From a candidate division WOR-3 bacterium (GTDB lineage Bacteria; Hydrothermota; UBA3072): a DNA stretch of 64,000 nucleotides. The stretch is taken from NCBI GenBank assembly GCA_016930175.1, contig JAFGHJ010000006.1:68086-132085 (forward strand), written 5' to 3'. The position numbers were made by a program, and so were the translations under genes. The notes beneath the pieces were generated by a model. The model made no database searches, was not told where the DNA came from, and saw only the letters and a list, made by a program, of their open reading frames with translations. This document shows positions 49,961 through 59,028 of the stretch, in pieces (position 1 is the stretch's first letter; the number at the start of each line of letters is the position of its first letter).

Positions 49961-50181
49961 TGTTTTTGTATTTCTGCGATTTCTTCCCAGACGGCAAGCG
50001 TCTTTTTTGCTTCTTCTTCGTTTAGTTTTTCTATGGCGAAACCGGCATGTATTATAAGATAGTCCCCTATCTCGACTTCCTTTAGAAGGTCCAAGCTTAT
50101 TTCTTTTTTTACTCCTGAAAGCTCGACTATGCCTTTACTTCCTTCTATTTTTACGAGCTTCATTGGTATCGCGAGACACAT
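49957..50181 (-). CDS. hypC: Hydrogenase maturation chaperone HypC
   Basis: MCLAIP, HAGFAI. Confidence 0.98.
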   Translation of the reverse strand: MCLAIPMKLVKIEGSKGIVELSGVKKEISLDLLKEVEIGDYLIIHAGFAIEKLNEEEAKKTLAVWEEIAEIQKQ

Positions 50182-50229
50182 TGTTTTTTCCCTTTTGAAC
50201 TTAAGTTAACTTTTATTATTTGAAAATCA

Positions 50230-50610
50230 ACCCACCCCACACCATTTTTTTGCCACAGAGCGCACAGAGGAAAAACAAACACACAGAGAAAAGAAAAAAA
50301 AGAAGTTGTGTTGTGTAAAGCCCACCACACAGCCCCAAATTAATCTCACACAGAGGACACTAAGTACACAAAGTTTTTCTTTGTTTTTTCTTGAGCCCTT
50401 GAAACCTCGAAACCTTAATTAAACAACAGAGGCAACAGAGAAAAAAGGAAATTGTATTATTTAAAATCCTGCACTCCCCACCTTATTAATCTTACACAGA
50501 GACACGGAGAACACGGAGCCGCCCCGCACAACAAAATTAATATTATTATTAAAACCCTCAACTCATCCCAGAATCAGAAACAACAAATCACACGAATAAC
50601 ACGAATCAAA
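50230..50610 (+). repeat. Cluster of degenerate 8/9-nt-period repeats (CACAGAG, CACGGAG, CACGAAT types)
   Basis: For example CCACAGAGCGCACAGAG, CACAGAGACACGGAGAACACGGAG, CACACGAATAACACGAAT. Confidence 0.8.
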
Positions 50611-50772
50611 ATTTTGTTTTTCCCTACTTTCCATGAAGTTTATAAGAGGGGGAAAAAACAGAGAACTTCGCCTCACCGTCATAAATTGTTCACGGATTTT
50701 TTATTGTTTTCTTTAACTCGAAACTATAAAAAAGGAACTCAAAACAAGATCTTTTTTGCTTTTTCTATACAA

Positions 50773-53504
50773 GATTCAATTCCTCATAGGTAGGATTGGA
50801 AGAGGATATGTAGAAGCTGACGCCGAGATCGCAGTCAAATTTCAATTCCTCATAGGTAGGATTGGAAGATATGGACTTTTATCGAACCAGACACGCTTGA
50901 TACGCATTTCAATTCCTCATAGGTAGGATTGGAAGTGTACGTTCCATGTAACAAGCGATAAGATATGATTTATTTCAATTCCTCATAGGTAGGATTGGAA
51001 GCGGGAAATAGAGCGTCATAATTTCTTCATAAACTTCATTTCAATTCCTCATAGGTAGGATTGGAAGATTCCCTACGCCACCTCCACCAATAAAATCTTT
51101 TAGATTTCAATTCCTCATAGGTAGGATTGGAAGCCGAACCCAAAAGAAAGAATCCTCTTGTTTTATATATTTCAATTCCTCATAGGTAGGATTGGAAGAC
51201 GGAATTAGATCTAATACGTTTGAAACAAAAATCATTTCAATTCCTCATAGGTAGGATTGGAAGTACCATTACCTAAAGTTATTGATTCTTTTATGTATGA
51301 ATTTCAATTCCTCATAGGTAGGATTGGAAGGAACCATCGGATTACCGTGTCCGGTTCCGGTCTTGTCTGATTTCAATTCCTCATAGGTAGGATTGGAAGT
51401 AAACAACCCCAAGAAGCCGCAGCCGAGCTTGCCCTGATTTCAATTCCTCATAGGTAGGATTGGAAGTTAAAGGATTGTCTCCCGCCACAACAGAATTACT
51501 CCATTTCAATTCCTCATAGGTAGGATTGGAAGTCAGGGTCGGTAGGGTCAAGGACAACCGCATAAACTCATTTCAATTCCTCATAGGTAGGATTGGAAGG
51601 TAAGGATCCATATCAAAACGCCAAAACTTATTAGGATTTCAATTCCTCATAGGTAGGATTGGAAGAAGACTTGATTCCGAACTTGCTATCATATTTATAT
51701 TTCAATTCCTCATAGGTAGGATTGGAAGATCAAATTTTTTCATTCTACCCCCTCGTCTTGGGATATTTCAATTCCTCATAGGTAGGATTGGAAGTTAGAC
51801 AAACTGGAGTCCCTATGAGCGTGTGTGAGATTTCAATTCCTCATAGGTAGGATTGGAAGTAATCATTCATATAGGAATGGTCGGAAGTAATAGAATTTCA
51901 ATTCCTCATAGGTAGGATTGGAAGCTTTTTTATTTTCTTGGCTACATTCATAAGCAATTTATTTCAATTCCTCATAGGTAGGATTGGAAGATAAAGTATA
52001 TCCGTACCCCAATCGGCACTACAAATATTTCAATTCCTCATAGGTAGGATTGGAAGAATTCCATGCACCGAGTTTACGCACCCAAAATGTATATTTCAAT
52101 TCCTCATAGGTAGGATTGGAAGGGAAGTTGTACTATATACCAGACACGCTTGATACGCATTTCAATTCCTCATAGGTAGGATTGGAAGCAATTCTCGCAA
52201 TCTTCGCAAGATGGTACTATCAAAATTTCAATTCCTCATAGGTAGGATTGGAAGGCTTTCATGCTTTCGCTATCCAACAGGGAAGCATCATTTCAATTCC
52301 TCATAGGTAGGATTGGAAGAAACTTATCCAAGCCGCTTTCGCCGCCGCTATTATCATTTCAATTCCTCATAGGTAGGATTGGAAGGGAACGATAGGAGAA
52401 CAAAATGAACCCGAATAATTGATTTCAATTCCTCATAGGTAGGATTGGAAGGCGGTGTAGTCCCTAAACTCTATTATTATGACAGATTTCAATTCCTCAT
52501 AGGTAGGATTGGAAGTATGTTTAATCCCGGTTTATATAATCCAAACAATAAGGATTTCAATTCCTCATAGGTAGGATTGGAAGGCGTAGACGATGTAGGT
52601 ATCTCCTTCAGTAGTAATGTATTTCAATTCCTCATAGGTAGGATTGGAAGCGTATGGATAACCCCATATTGTACCCGGAGCGTTGTTAGATTTCAATTCC
52701 TCATAGGTAGGATTGGAAGACGCTTATAATACAAACTCCACAAATATTTCTAAAATTTCAATTCCTCATAGGTAGGATTGGAAGATCGAAAAAGAACGGA
52801 AAACTTACAAAATGCGCGATTTCAATTCCTCATAGGTAGGATTGGAAGATAGTTCTGCGGGTCATATTCCGGTTGCTTACGATATTTCAATTCCTCATAG
52901 GTAGGATTGGAAGACAGTTAGGGGAATTCAAACACAGAAACGGAATATCATTTCAATTCCTCATAGGTAGGATTGGAAGGACTTAGCTCTCGCAACTTCT
53001 ATATGGCAATTCGAGCATTTCAATTCCTCATAGGTAGGATTGGAAGTGCCAAAGCAACGAATATGGCTGTTGAGGATGTTCATTTCAATTCCTCATAGGT
53101 AGGATTGGAAGAAGAGTCAGGTGTAAACCGACAAACTGTGTATCAAATTTCAATTCCTCATAGGTAGGATTGGAAGGCTGTTAGAGAATCAATACCGGTA
53201 TTTGCTTTTAGATTTCAATTCCTCATAGGTAGGATTGGAAGCAAACAGGTACACGAACAAGCCATACTGTTGCATCATTTCAATTCCTCATAGGTAGGAT
53301 TGGAAGGTACCACTTATCGCCTCTTTTCCGTATGCTTCCCATATTTCAATTCCTCATAGGTAGGATTGGAAGCAATAACACCTGTTTTTTTACGAGTGAT
53401 TCTTATTGCATTTCAATTCCTCATAGGTAGGATTGGAAGTGAAGAAGTCACAAACTCCCATTGTCCCTTGCTCCATTTCAATTCCTCATAGGTAGGATTG
53501 GAAG
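50773..53504 (-). CRISPR. CRISPR array, 42 repeats of 30 bp (CTTCCAATCCTACCTATGAGGAATTGAAAT) and 41 spacers of ~33-39 bp
   Basis: Counted by hand. The degenerate terminal repeat is at 50773, and the leader and promoter are on the cas2 side. Confidence 0.99.
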
Positions 53505-53667
53505 TCGTCGAGTATAGCTGTTTTAAGGGGTTCCTTTTTTGTCTTTTTATACAACTATACATAATAATATTGTAAGATTTTTTAAAGATTTTGTCAATAG
53601 TGAGTTTAGTGAGATTTTGTATGTTCGTCGGTTCTCTGATTTTTTTACGTTATTATAGGTCGACGAA
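53505..53667 (-). promoter_or_regulatory. CRISPR leader with promoter TTGACA-N17-TACAAT
   Basis: -35 at 53597-53592, -10 at 53574-53569; AT-rich. Confidence 0.85.
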
Positions 53668-53931
53668 TTAAATAAATGAGGATATTTCACTTTTTTCTTT
53701 TCCCATTATTTCTTTATTCAAATATTTTGTGGTTCTCATCTTATAAAAAACAACCGAATCTTTATCTTTTTCTATAATTTCTTTCAAGTCAGCCTTTAAT
53801 TCTTCCAATTTAGCTTTTGTTATCTCTCCTTCAAATACCGAATTCTGTATCCAGTTAAGATATTTTCGGCAGGTTTTTAATACCTTTGCGACTCTGTCTT
53901 CTTCTATATCATACACGAGAATTAAATACAT
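53668..53931 (-). CDS. cas2: CRISPR-associated Cas2
   Basis: MYLILVYDI, WIQNSVFEG. Confidence 0.97.
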   Translation of the reverse strand: MYLILVYDIEEDRVAKVLKTCRKYLNWIQNSVFEGEITKAKLEELKADLKEIIEKDKDSVVFYKMRTTKYLNKEIMGKEKSEISSFI

Positions 53932-53938
53932 GGTTTCG

Positions 53939-54931
53939 TCACCATCTTGCCACCCACGGGCTATATTTTTTATCGCCAAGAAGGTGTTTTTCAATTTTAT
54001 ACGCTTCAAGACGTATTAATCTTCGGTATGAGACATTGCGTTTTAAATCGGGATGCTTTATGGTCTGTTCCATCCTATTGTCAAATTCCCTGAGATATGT
54101 TTCCCTTCCTTTATCGCTAAGGTAAGTTCCTTTCATCTTTGAATCAAAGTCGTCTTTGTTTATCATTTTCTTATTTATTAATGTGAATATTATTCTGTCT
54201 GCTATTATTGGTTTAAATATTTCCGCCAAATCCAGATTTAAAGAAAAGTTTCTGAAATTAGTAGAATGTAAAAATCCGATTCTCGGGTCGAGATGGGTTT
54301 TGTAAATTTCGCTTAAAGTCGCGATATAAATCAGAGAATTACCGAAACTTATTAAAGCATTAAGTCTATTTCTCGGCGGTTGTTTTGAACGCCTATCAAA
54401 GGAAAAATCTTCATTGTTCAGTATCGCGTCGAATGCCCCGTAATAAATATCACGACAGTTGCCTTCCATCCCCATAAGTTCCTGGATGTTGTTAACCTTA
54501 TAAATATTTTCTTTTATGTTTTCAATATTTTCAATCCTTTGTTTAAGATCAGAACCCCTGTTATTGTAATATCCGAGTACTTTCATAATATTTTCAATCG
54601 CGCCCTCGACAAATTTTCTCGCGATTTCAAGTCTTTTTTCTTTATCCTGATAAAAAGTCGCCTGCGCCAATATAGTGCATCCGGAATTGTTGTGTTCTCT
54701 CGGATAAAACGTTCCCGAATAATATCCGTAATAGTTGAAAAAGTGTAGTAAAATTCCCTGTTGAGAAATAAAATCGAGGAGTTTTTTATTGATGGAAATT
54801 TCTCCGAATATGAGTATCTCCTGTGTGTTTTCTACGGGGACATATTTCCTTTTGCCGTCTTCAGTTTCGAAATACAGGGTGTTTTGTCTTCTATGTAAAG
54901 TTCCGTTTGAAGTTACATATAAACTTTTCAT
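53939..54931 (-). CDS. cas1: CRISPR-associated Cas1 (type I-B-like)
   Basis: HFFNYYGYYSGTFYP, NALISFGNS, LDPRIGFLH, LDLAEIFKP. Confidence 0.98.
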   Translation of the reverse strand: MKSLYVTSNGTLHRRQNTLYFETEDGKRKYVPVENTQEILIFGEISINKKLLDFISQQGILLHFFNYYGYYSGTFYPREHNNSGCTILAQATFYQDKEKRLEIARKFVEGAIENIMKVLGYYNNRGSDLKQRIENIENIKENIYKVNNIQELMGMEGNCRDIYYGAFDAILNNEDFSFDRRSKQPPRNRLNALISFGNSLIYIATLSEIYKTHLDPRIGFLHSTNFRNFSLNLDLAEIFKPIIADRIIFTLINKKMINKDDFDSKMKGTYLSDKGRETYLREFDNRMEQTIKHPDLKRNVSYRRLIRLEAYKIEKHLLGDKKYSPWVARW

Positions 54932-54940
54932 CAATTTCTC

Positions 54941-55453
54941 CTATGTGAAACAGAATTCAAAATATGCGCATTTTCTGCAAAATTTTGACCTTTTTAATTC
55001 CGGAGGAGTATCGAGTAAAATCAGTTCTTCGGTTTCGTTCACTAATTTTTTTATTTCTTCTTCTAATTCCGCATCGAGTTCTACGGTCTCTCTTTTTCTT
55101 TCTTTTGGCAAAAGCAATCTTCCTTTCGCTTCAAGCCCCATTTCTTTTAATCTGTAGAGATAATATGCTATCTGCATTATTGCCGCTTTTTTCCCGGCGG
55201 ATGATTTTTTGATTTCACATATCATCGGACTTCCTTCTGATTCTTCGATTAAATCGATTTTCATATTATCTATCGTTATAGATTTCTTTTGTCTCTTATA
55301 AGAAGTTTCATCTATGGTTCTTCCTATCGAAACATTTGAATAATCCTGTTCTGGATTTATACTTCTGCTCTGAAACCACGCTTTTCGTTTGCAAATGCAA
55401 TAGGCATTTATGAGGGAGGGGGTGATGTTGGATATCTGGTTATTCTGATGCAT
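54941..55453 (-). CDS. cas4: CRISPR-associated Cas4
   Basis: CKRKAW, KID, EIKKS, QIAYY, CRKCAYFEFC. Confidence 0.96.
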   Translation of the reverse strand: MHQNNQISNITPSLINAYCICKRKAWFQSRSINPEQDYSNVSIGRTIDETSYKRQKKSITIDNMKIDLIEESEGSPMICEIKKSSAGKKAAIMQIAYYLYRLKEMGLEAKGRLLLPKERKRETVELDAELEEEIKKLVNETEELILLDTPPELKRSKFCRKCAYFEFCFT

Positions 55454-55570
55454 TTTTTTGAAATGGAAGGTTTTCTGATGCCCTATGGTTAGATAATCTT
55501 ATGGTCAAGAAACAGCCTTTCGGTGCGAAACTAGAATACATTTATAAGCTTTTCTGTGATATATATGTCT

Positions 55571-56263
55571 TCATGTTTGACTTATCTTTGAAAGTAAAGT
55601 AAAGTTTCTGTTTGCTGTTTCAATCTTGAAAGGTAGAAGATAGTACCGTTCTTTCCTTTTTGTTTTTGTTCGGTTATAAGTATTTACATTGTCAAAGCTG
55701 AGAGTTTCGTCAAAATCATCCATTATAGTAATCAATCCCGGGACAAGATTAGTAATTTTGTCATCAAGAAGTCTTGAATATTCTTTCCCTATATTTACAC
55801 TTTCTATAAATTTAATAAACTGAAAGAAGCATCCTTTCTTGCCGAAATAGTTTATCCGCGGAAACCACTGCTTCAAAAAATCTTTTGTTTTTTTGTTTTG
55901 AATCGTAACAGCGGTTTTCATATCCCCAGCAAGGTACACATATTCCCTGAATCCTACCGTGGGCTGAAAATTTATCTCTGGATGTTTTTTCTTTGTTTCT
56001 GAATGAGGCTCTTTTTGTATCTTCAAAAAACAGTTGTTCACTACTAATTTTTCTGGAAGAGAAAACCGTATATCTAAAGCTCTGATTAAGCTAAATTTAC
56101 CCATTGCTAATTGGAGTGAGTCATAAGTGATAATTGCATTTAGTAGCGCCATTTTTACCGCATACGGTGAAGGTGTGAGGAGGGTCTTGGCCCCAGAACT
56201 TGTGGCTTGACTCTGCTTCAGGGAGAAAAGAGTAGTTGGTCTAAAAACAGTTTCTAACCACAT
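55571..56263 (-). CDS. cas5: Cas5 (type I-A-like)
   Basis: LFSLK..KTLLTPSPYAVKMALL, REYV, INYFGKKG. Confidence 0.85.
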   Translation of the reverse strand: MWLETVFRPTTLFSLKQSQATSSGAKTLLTPSPYAVKMALLNAIITYDSLQLAMGKFSLIRALDIRFSLPEKLVVNNCFLKIQKEPHSETKKKHPEINFQPTVGFREYVYLAGDMKTAVTIQNKKTKDFLKQWFPRINYFGKKGCFFQFIKFIESVNIGKEYSRLLDDKITNLVPGLITIMDDFDETLSFDNVNTYNRTKTKRKERYYLLPFKIETANRNFTLLSKISQT

Positions 56264-56276
56264 AAGTATACCTTCT

Positions 56277-57242
56277 TCATAACTTCAATGGTTCTGTGCT
56301 ATTTATAATAACTTGAAGTTTTTCAGCGAATTCTTTTGGGGAGAGAAAATTTTCAATGGTTATACTATCTTTTGCAATCTTATTAAGGTTTGCAGATATT
56401 TCTGTTATTTCCTCATTGTAGTTATCATTTAATGCGCTTATAGTTGGGGCAGGAATAGAATTCGACGAATAAGAAATCACTCCCTCAAAATTTACTATAT
56501 GGGGATTTTGTGTGTTTCTCATTGCTCCCGTAGGCTTTAGAAAAGTATAAAGAATGGATTTGAGCAATGCTTCATACCGTGATTGCCTTTCGTTATCATT
56601 AATGGCATAAGTTTTTGATATATCGTTGTATCCTATACGGCAGGTGTCAAAGTTAGAAACCAAAGCGTATATGCCCGAATTTGCAGGACGATGAAAAATA
56701 TTTTGTCCTATGTTTGCTCCTTCTTCTCCCTCACCAGTTTCTTTCCCTGCATTTGGGACAAGCTTAACATGGAAAAAATTCTCTGTTTTGCTTGCTTCTG
56801 GTAATGCAATAAGCCAACCAAACTCCGCTATAGATTTTCTGGGAAGATTTTTGTTGTTATTGGTTATAAGAATTCCTTCCATATCGTCAATAACACAGGT
56901 CTTTAATAAAAGTTCCATTACTTTCTCATCAGGATCTTCTTTTTTGAATGCTTTCGTAAATTTCTCGTCCCCGGTTATTCTGTTGGCATTGAAAACTTTA
57001 CAGGAATTGCAAAGTTTAAGTCTTGTTTCTTTGGCTACATTATATAGATGTTGTGCCTGAATGTGTTTTAACATATCTCCACTTACAGCATTCACTGTAA
57101 CTGGCTTTCCTTCTTTATCAATGATTGTCACCTGTCTGGTCAAAATTTGATTTCCTTCTCCCCCCTCATTATTAAGGGAATGCATATTAAGGGTAATTCT
57201 TCCGCTGATAGATAGAGAACTTATTCTTTTTTTATCTGCCAT
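56277..57242 (-). CDS. cas7: Cas7, DevR/Csa2 family
   Basis: HSLNNEG, VSGDMLKH, DDMEG, PTGAMR. Confidence 0.9.
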   Translation of the reverse strand: MADKKRISSLSISGRITLNMHSLNNEGGEGNQILTRQVTIIDKEGKPVTVNAVSGDMLKHIQAQHLYNVAKETRLKLCNSCKVFNANRITGDEKFTKAFKKEDPDEKVMELLLKTCVIDDMEGILITNNNKNLPRKSIAEFGWLIALPEASKTENFFHVKLVPNAGKETGEGEEGANIGQNIFHRPANSGIYALVSNFDTCRIGYNDISKTYAINDNERQSRYEALLKSILYTFLKPTGAMRNTQNPHIVNFEGVISYSSNSIPAPTISALNDNYNEEITEISANLNKIAKDSITIENFLSPKEFAEKLQVIINSTEPLKL

Positions 57243-57261
57243 CTTAACCTCCTTTAGTGAG

Positions 57262-57681
57262 TTATTTGATTTTACTATTTTTTGTAATCTCTTCTTTTCT
57301 TTCTAAGGCATAGCCATAAGCAGTAAGAAGTTTTCCAACAACTGATGGACCATATTTATCTATAAGCTCGATAATATCCTTCATGTCTTCTGTCTTTACC
57401 GTTGCTCTGACTTTGCCAGAAGTGAAATCTTGAGGATGCTTTTCTACATACCTTGCTGTCTCAGCATTGTAAAGAGCAATAAATTCAGAGAGATATTCAA
57501 CGAGGTCTCTTTTGTATGGTGATTTTCTCTTCAAGTTTTGTGCTACTCCATAATGTACATCAAATCTTTTATCTCCTTTTACTTTTGCATACTGGGCGCC
57601 TATTGTTGAATTTCTTATTGCCTTTGCTATATTCTGAAATCCCTGTGATTCCAAAATAGGTTTGAACCTTTCTTCAGTCAT
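57262..57681 (-). CDS. cas11: Putative Cas11 small subunit from an internal in-frame start in cas8 (139 aa)
   Basis: AAGGGAGGT then CTTT then ATG, in frame; helical product MTEERFKPILESQGFQNIAKAIR. Confidence 0.7.
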   Translation of the reverse strand: MTEERFKPILESQGFQNIAKAIRNSTIGAQYAKVKGDKRFDVHYGVAQNLKRKSPYKRDLVEYLSEFIALYNAETARYVEKHPQDFTSGKVRATVKTEDMKDIIELIDKYGPSVVGKLLTAYGYALERKEEITKNSKIK

Positions 57682-59028
57682 AAAGACCTCCCTTAGGTTT
57701 TTAACTGTGAAAGTCTTAAGATACATTTTTCTTTTGTCTGTTTTTTTTCTATCTATGTCTTCTGTTAACAGAGAAGCATAATCAAAATTGAATTCAAAGA
57801 ACTCGTCCCAATTACCAGCGGAAAGAAATTGGCGGTAATGTTGCAACAACGAAGTAGTAGAGCTGTTTTCTTCTTTGATTTGTTTCATTATCTCTAAATG
57901 GTTGTTAAGAATTTTGATCCATTTTTTACCTTCTTCATAAGAACCTATTTCGATGAATTTCGGCAGTTTTAGATAACCAATATTAGCGATAGATTTATTT
58001 TGTCCCATGTTTTTTTGATAGGCGGTCTTGAACCCTTGAACAAGATTTTGAGGATTTAAACGTTTTGAAAATGATGGCCGCATATTTTGATATTCAGGTA
58101 AAAATTCGATTAGATTTTTTGTATAATAAAGAATTGCTATAATATCCATTTTAAATGGCTTATTCCCTACGACAAGAGGTTTGAAATTTTTATAGATAGT
58201 AGAAAGTCTCGTATACTCTATATTAAAAGGTTCAATAACGTAATATTTGGTATCCCAATCTTTATTACTTACTTTTATATCTTTTATTACCATACTATTA
58301 TAAATTCCTATTATCTTAAGGTATTCTTTAATCCAGAAAGAAGAAATATTACTTAGAGCAATAGAATTTGATTTAGGAAAATTCACCCCTTTTCCTTGAT
58401 GTGGATTGAATATTTGAAGAGCAGTAATTTTGTCAAAATTTAGATTATATTGTTTTGATAAATTTTTTAAATCTTCTTTCACATTTTCTTCATTATTCAA
58501 TGGCAAACTATAAAGAAGTAATATTTCTTTTAATATAAGATGGTACTGTTTTCTGTTCTTGTATACATTATTTAGAATTTTATGGTAACCTGTAATGTTC
58601 TTGGGATCACGAATTTTTGAGAAAATATCAAAATCGGGATGTGGTTTTTCAAGTTCCGCAAGCAATCTTGCTTGTTTGTTTTTATCTCTTTCTTTATGAT
58701 AAATTTCATCACGTCTTTTTTTGAATATATCTCTCTTTTCTTTTTCGTTTTCATAATAAATTATTTGTCCGGAGAGATCTCTATTTTTGTCCGTTTTTAT
58801 CTTTATATAAGGAAAAACAAAGTAATTAGTGTTTTTTACCATCTTTTCGGTTATATTAATGTTAGATGATACGCTATAATAAGCACCTTCATCCTTTATC
58901 TTTATATTTACGTTATCAATTTTGTTATTATCAAATATATGAGATAAGATTTTTGCTAAACCATAAGTTTCAAGTGTTTCTGAATAAGTCCCTGAATCTT
59001 TCGTAACAAAATATTTATTTTGATACAT
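57262..59028 (-). CDS. cas8: Large Cascade subunit (Cas8-like)
   Basis: Position between cas3 and cas7, size; GGAGG RBS before ATG 59028. Family assigned by position. Confidence 0.75.
   Translation of the reverse strand: MYQNKYFVTKDSGTYSETLETYGLAKILSHIFDNNKIDNVNIKIKDEGAYYSVSSNINITEKMVKNTNYFVFPYIKIKTDKNRDLSGQIIYYENEKEKRDIFKKRRDEIYHKERDKNKQARLLAELEKPHPDFDIFSKIRDPKNITGYHKILNNVYKNRKQYHLILKEILLLYSLPLNNEENVKEDLKNLSKQYNLNFDKITALQIFNPHQGKGVNFPKSNSIALSNISSFWIKEYLKIIGIYNSMVIKDIKVSNKDWDTKYYVIEPFNIEYTRLSTIYKNFKPLVVGNKPFKMDIIAILYYTKNLIEFLPEYQNMRPSFSKRLNPQNLVQGFKTAYQKNMGQNKSIANIGYLKLPKFIEIGSYEEGKKWIKILNNHLEIMKQIKEENSSTTSLLQHYRQFLSAGNWDEFFEFNFDYASLLTEDIDRKKTDKRKMYLKTFTVKNLREVFMTEERFKPILESQGFQNIAKAIRNSTIGAQYAKVKGDKRFDVHYGVAQNLKRKSPYKRDLVEYLSEFIALYNAETARYVEKHPQDFTSGKVRATVKTEDMKDIIELIDKYGPSVVGKLLTAYGYALERKEEITKNSKIK

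Noticed and set aside
47847..50181. hypCDE without hydrogenase genes, and larA without larBCE, as a novel nickel pathway
   Set aside because: Maturation genes are commonly dispersed, and one window cannot show absence.
50452..50793. 113-aa ORF beside the CRISPR trailer
   Set aside because: It is made of the short-period repeats, runs into the first CRISPR repeat and has no recognisable domain.
51381..51563. 60-aa ORF inside the array
   Set aside because: Chance read-through of CRISPR repeats and spacers.
50773..53504. Self-targeting spacers
   Set aside because: No match to the rest of the window was noticed by eye. This is not exhaustive and needs BLASTN.
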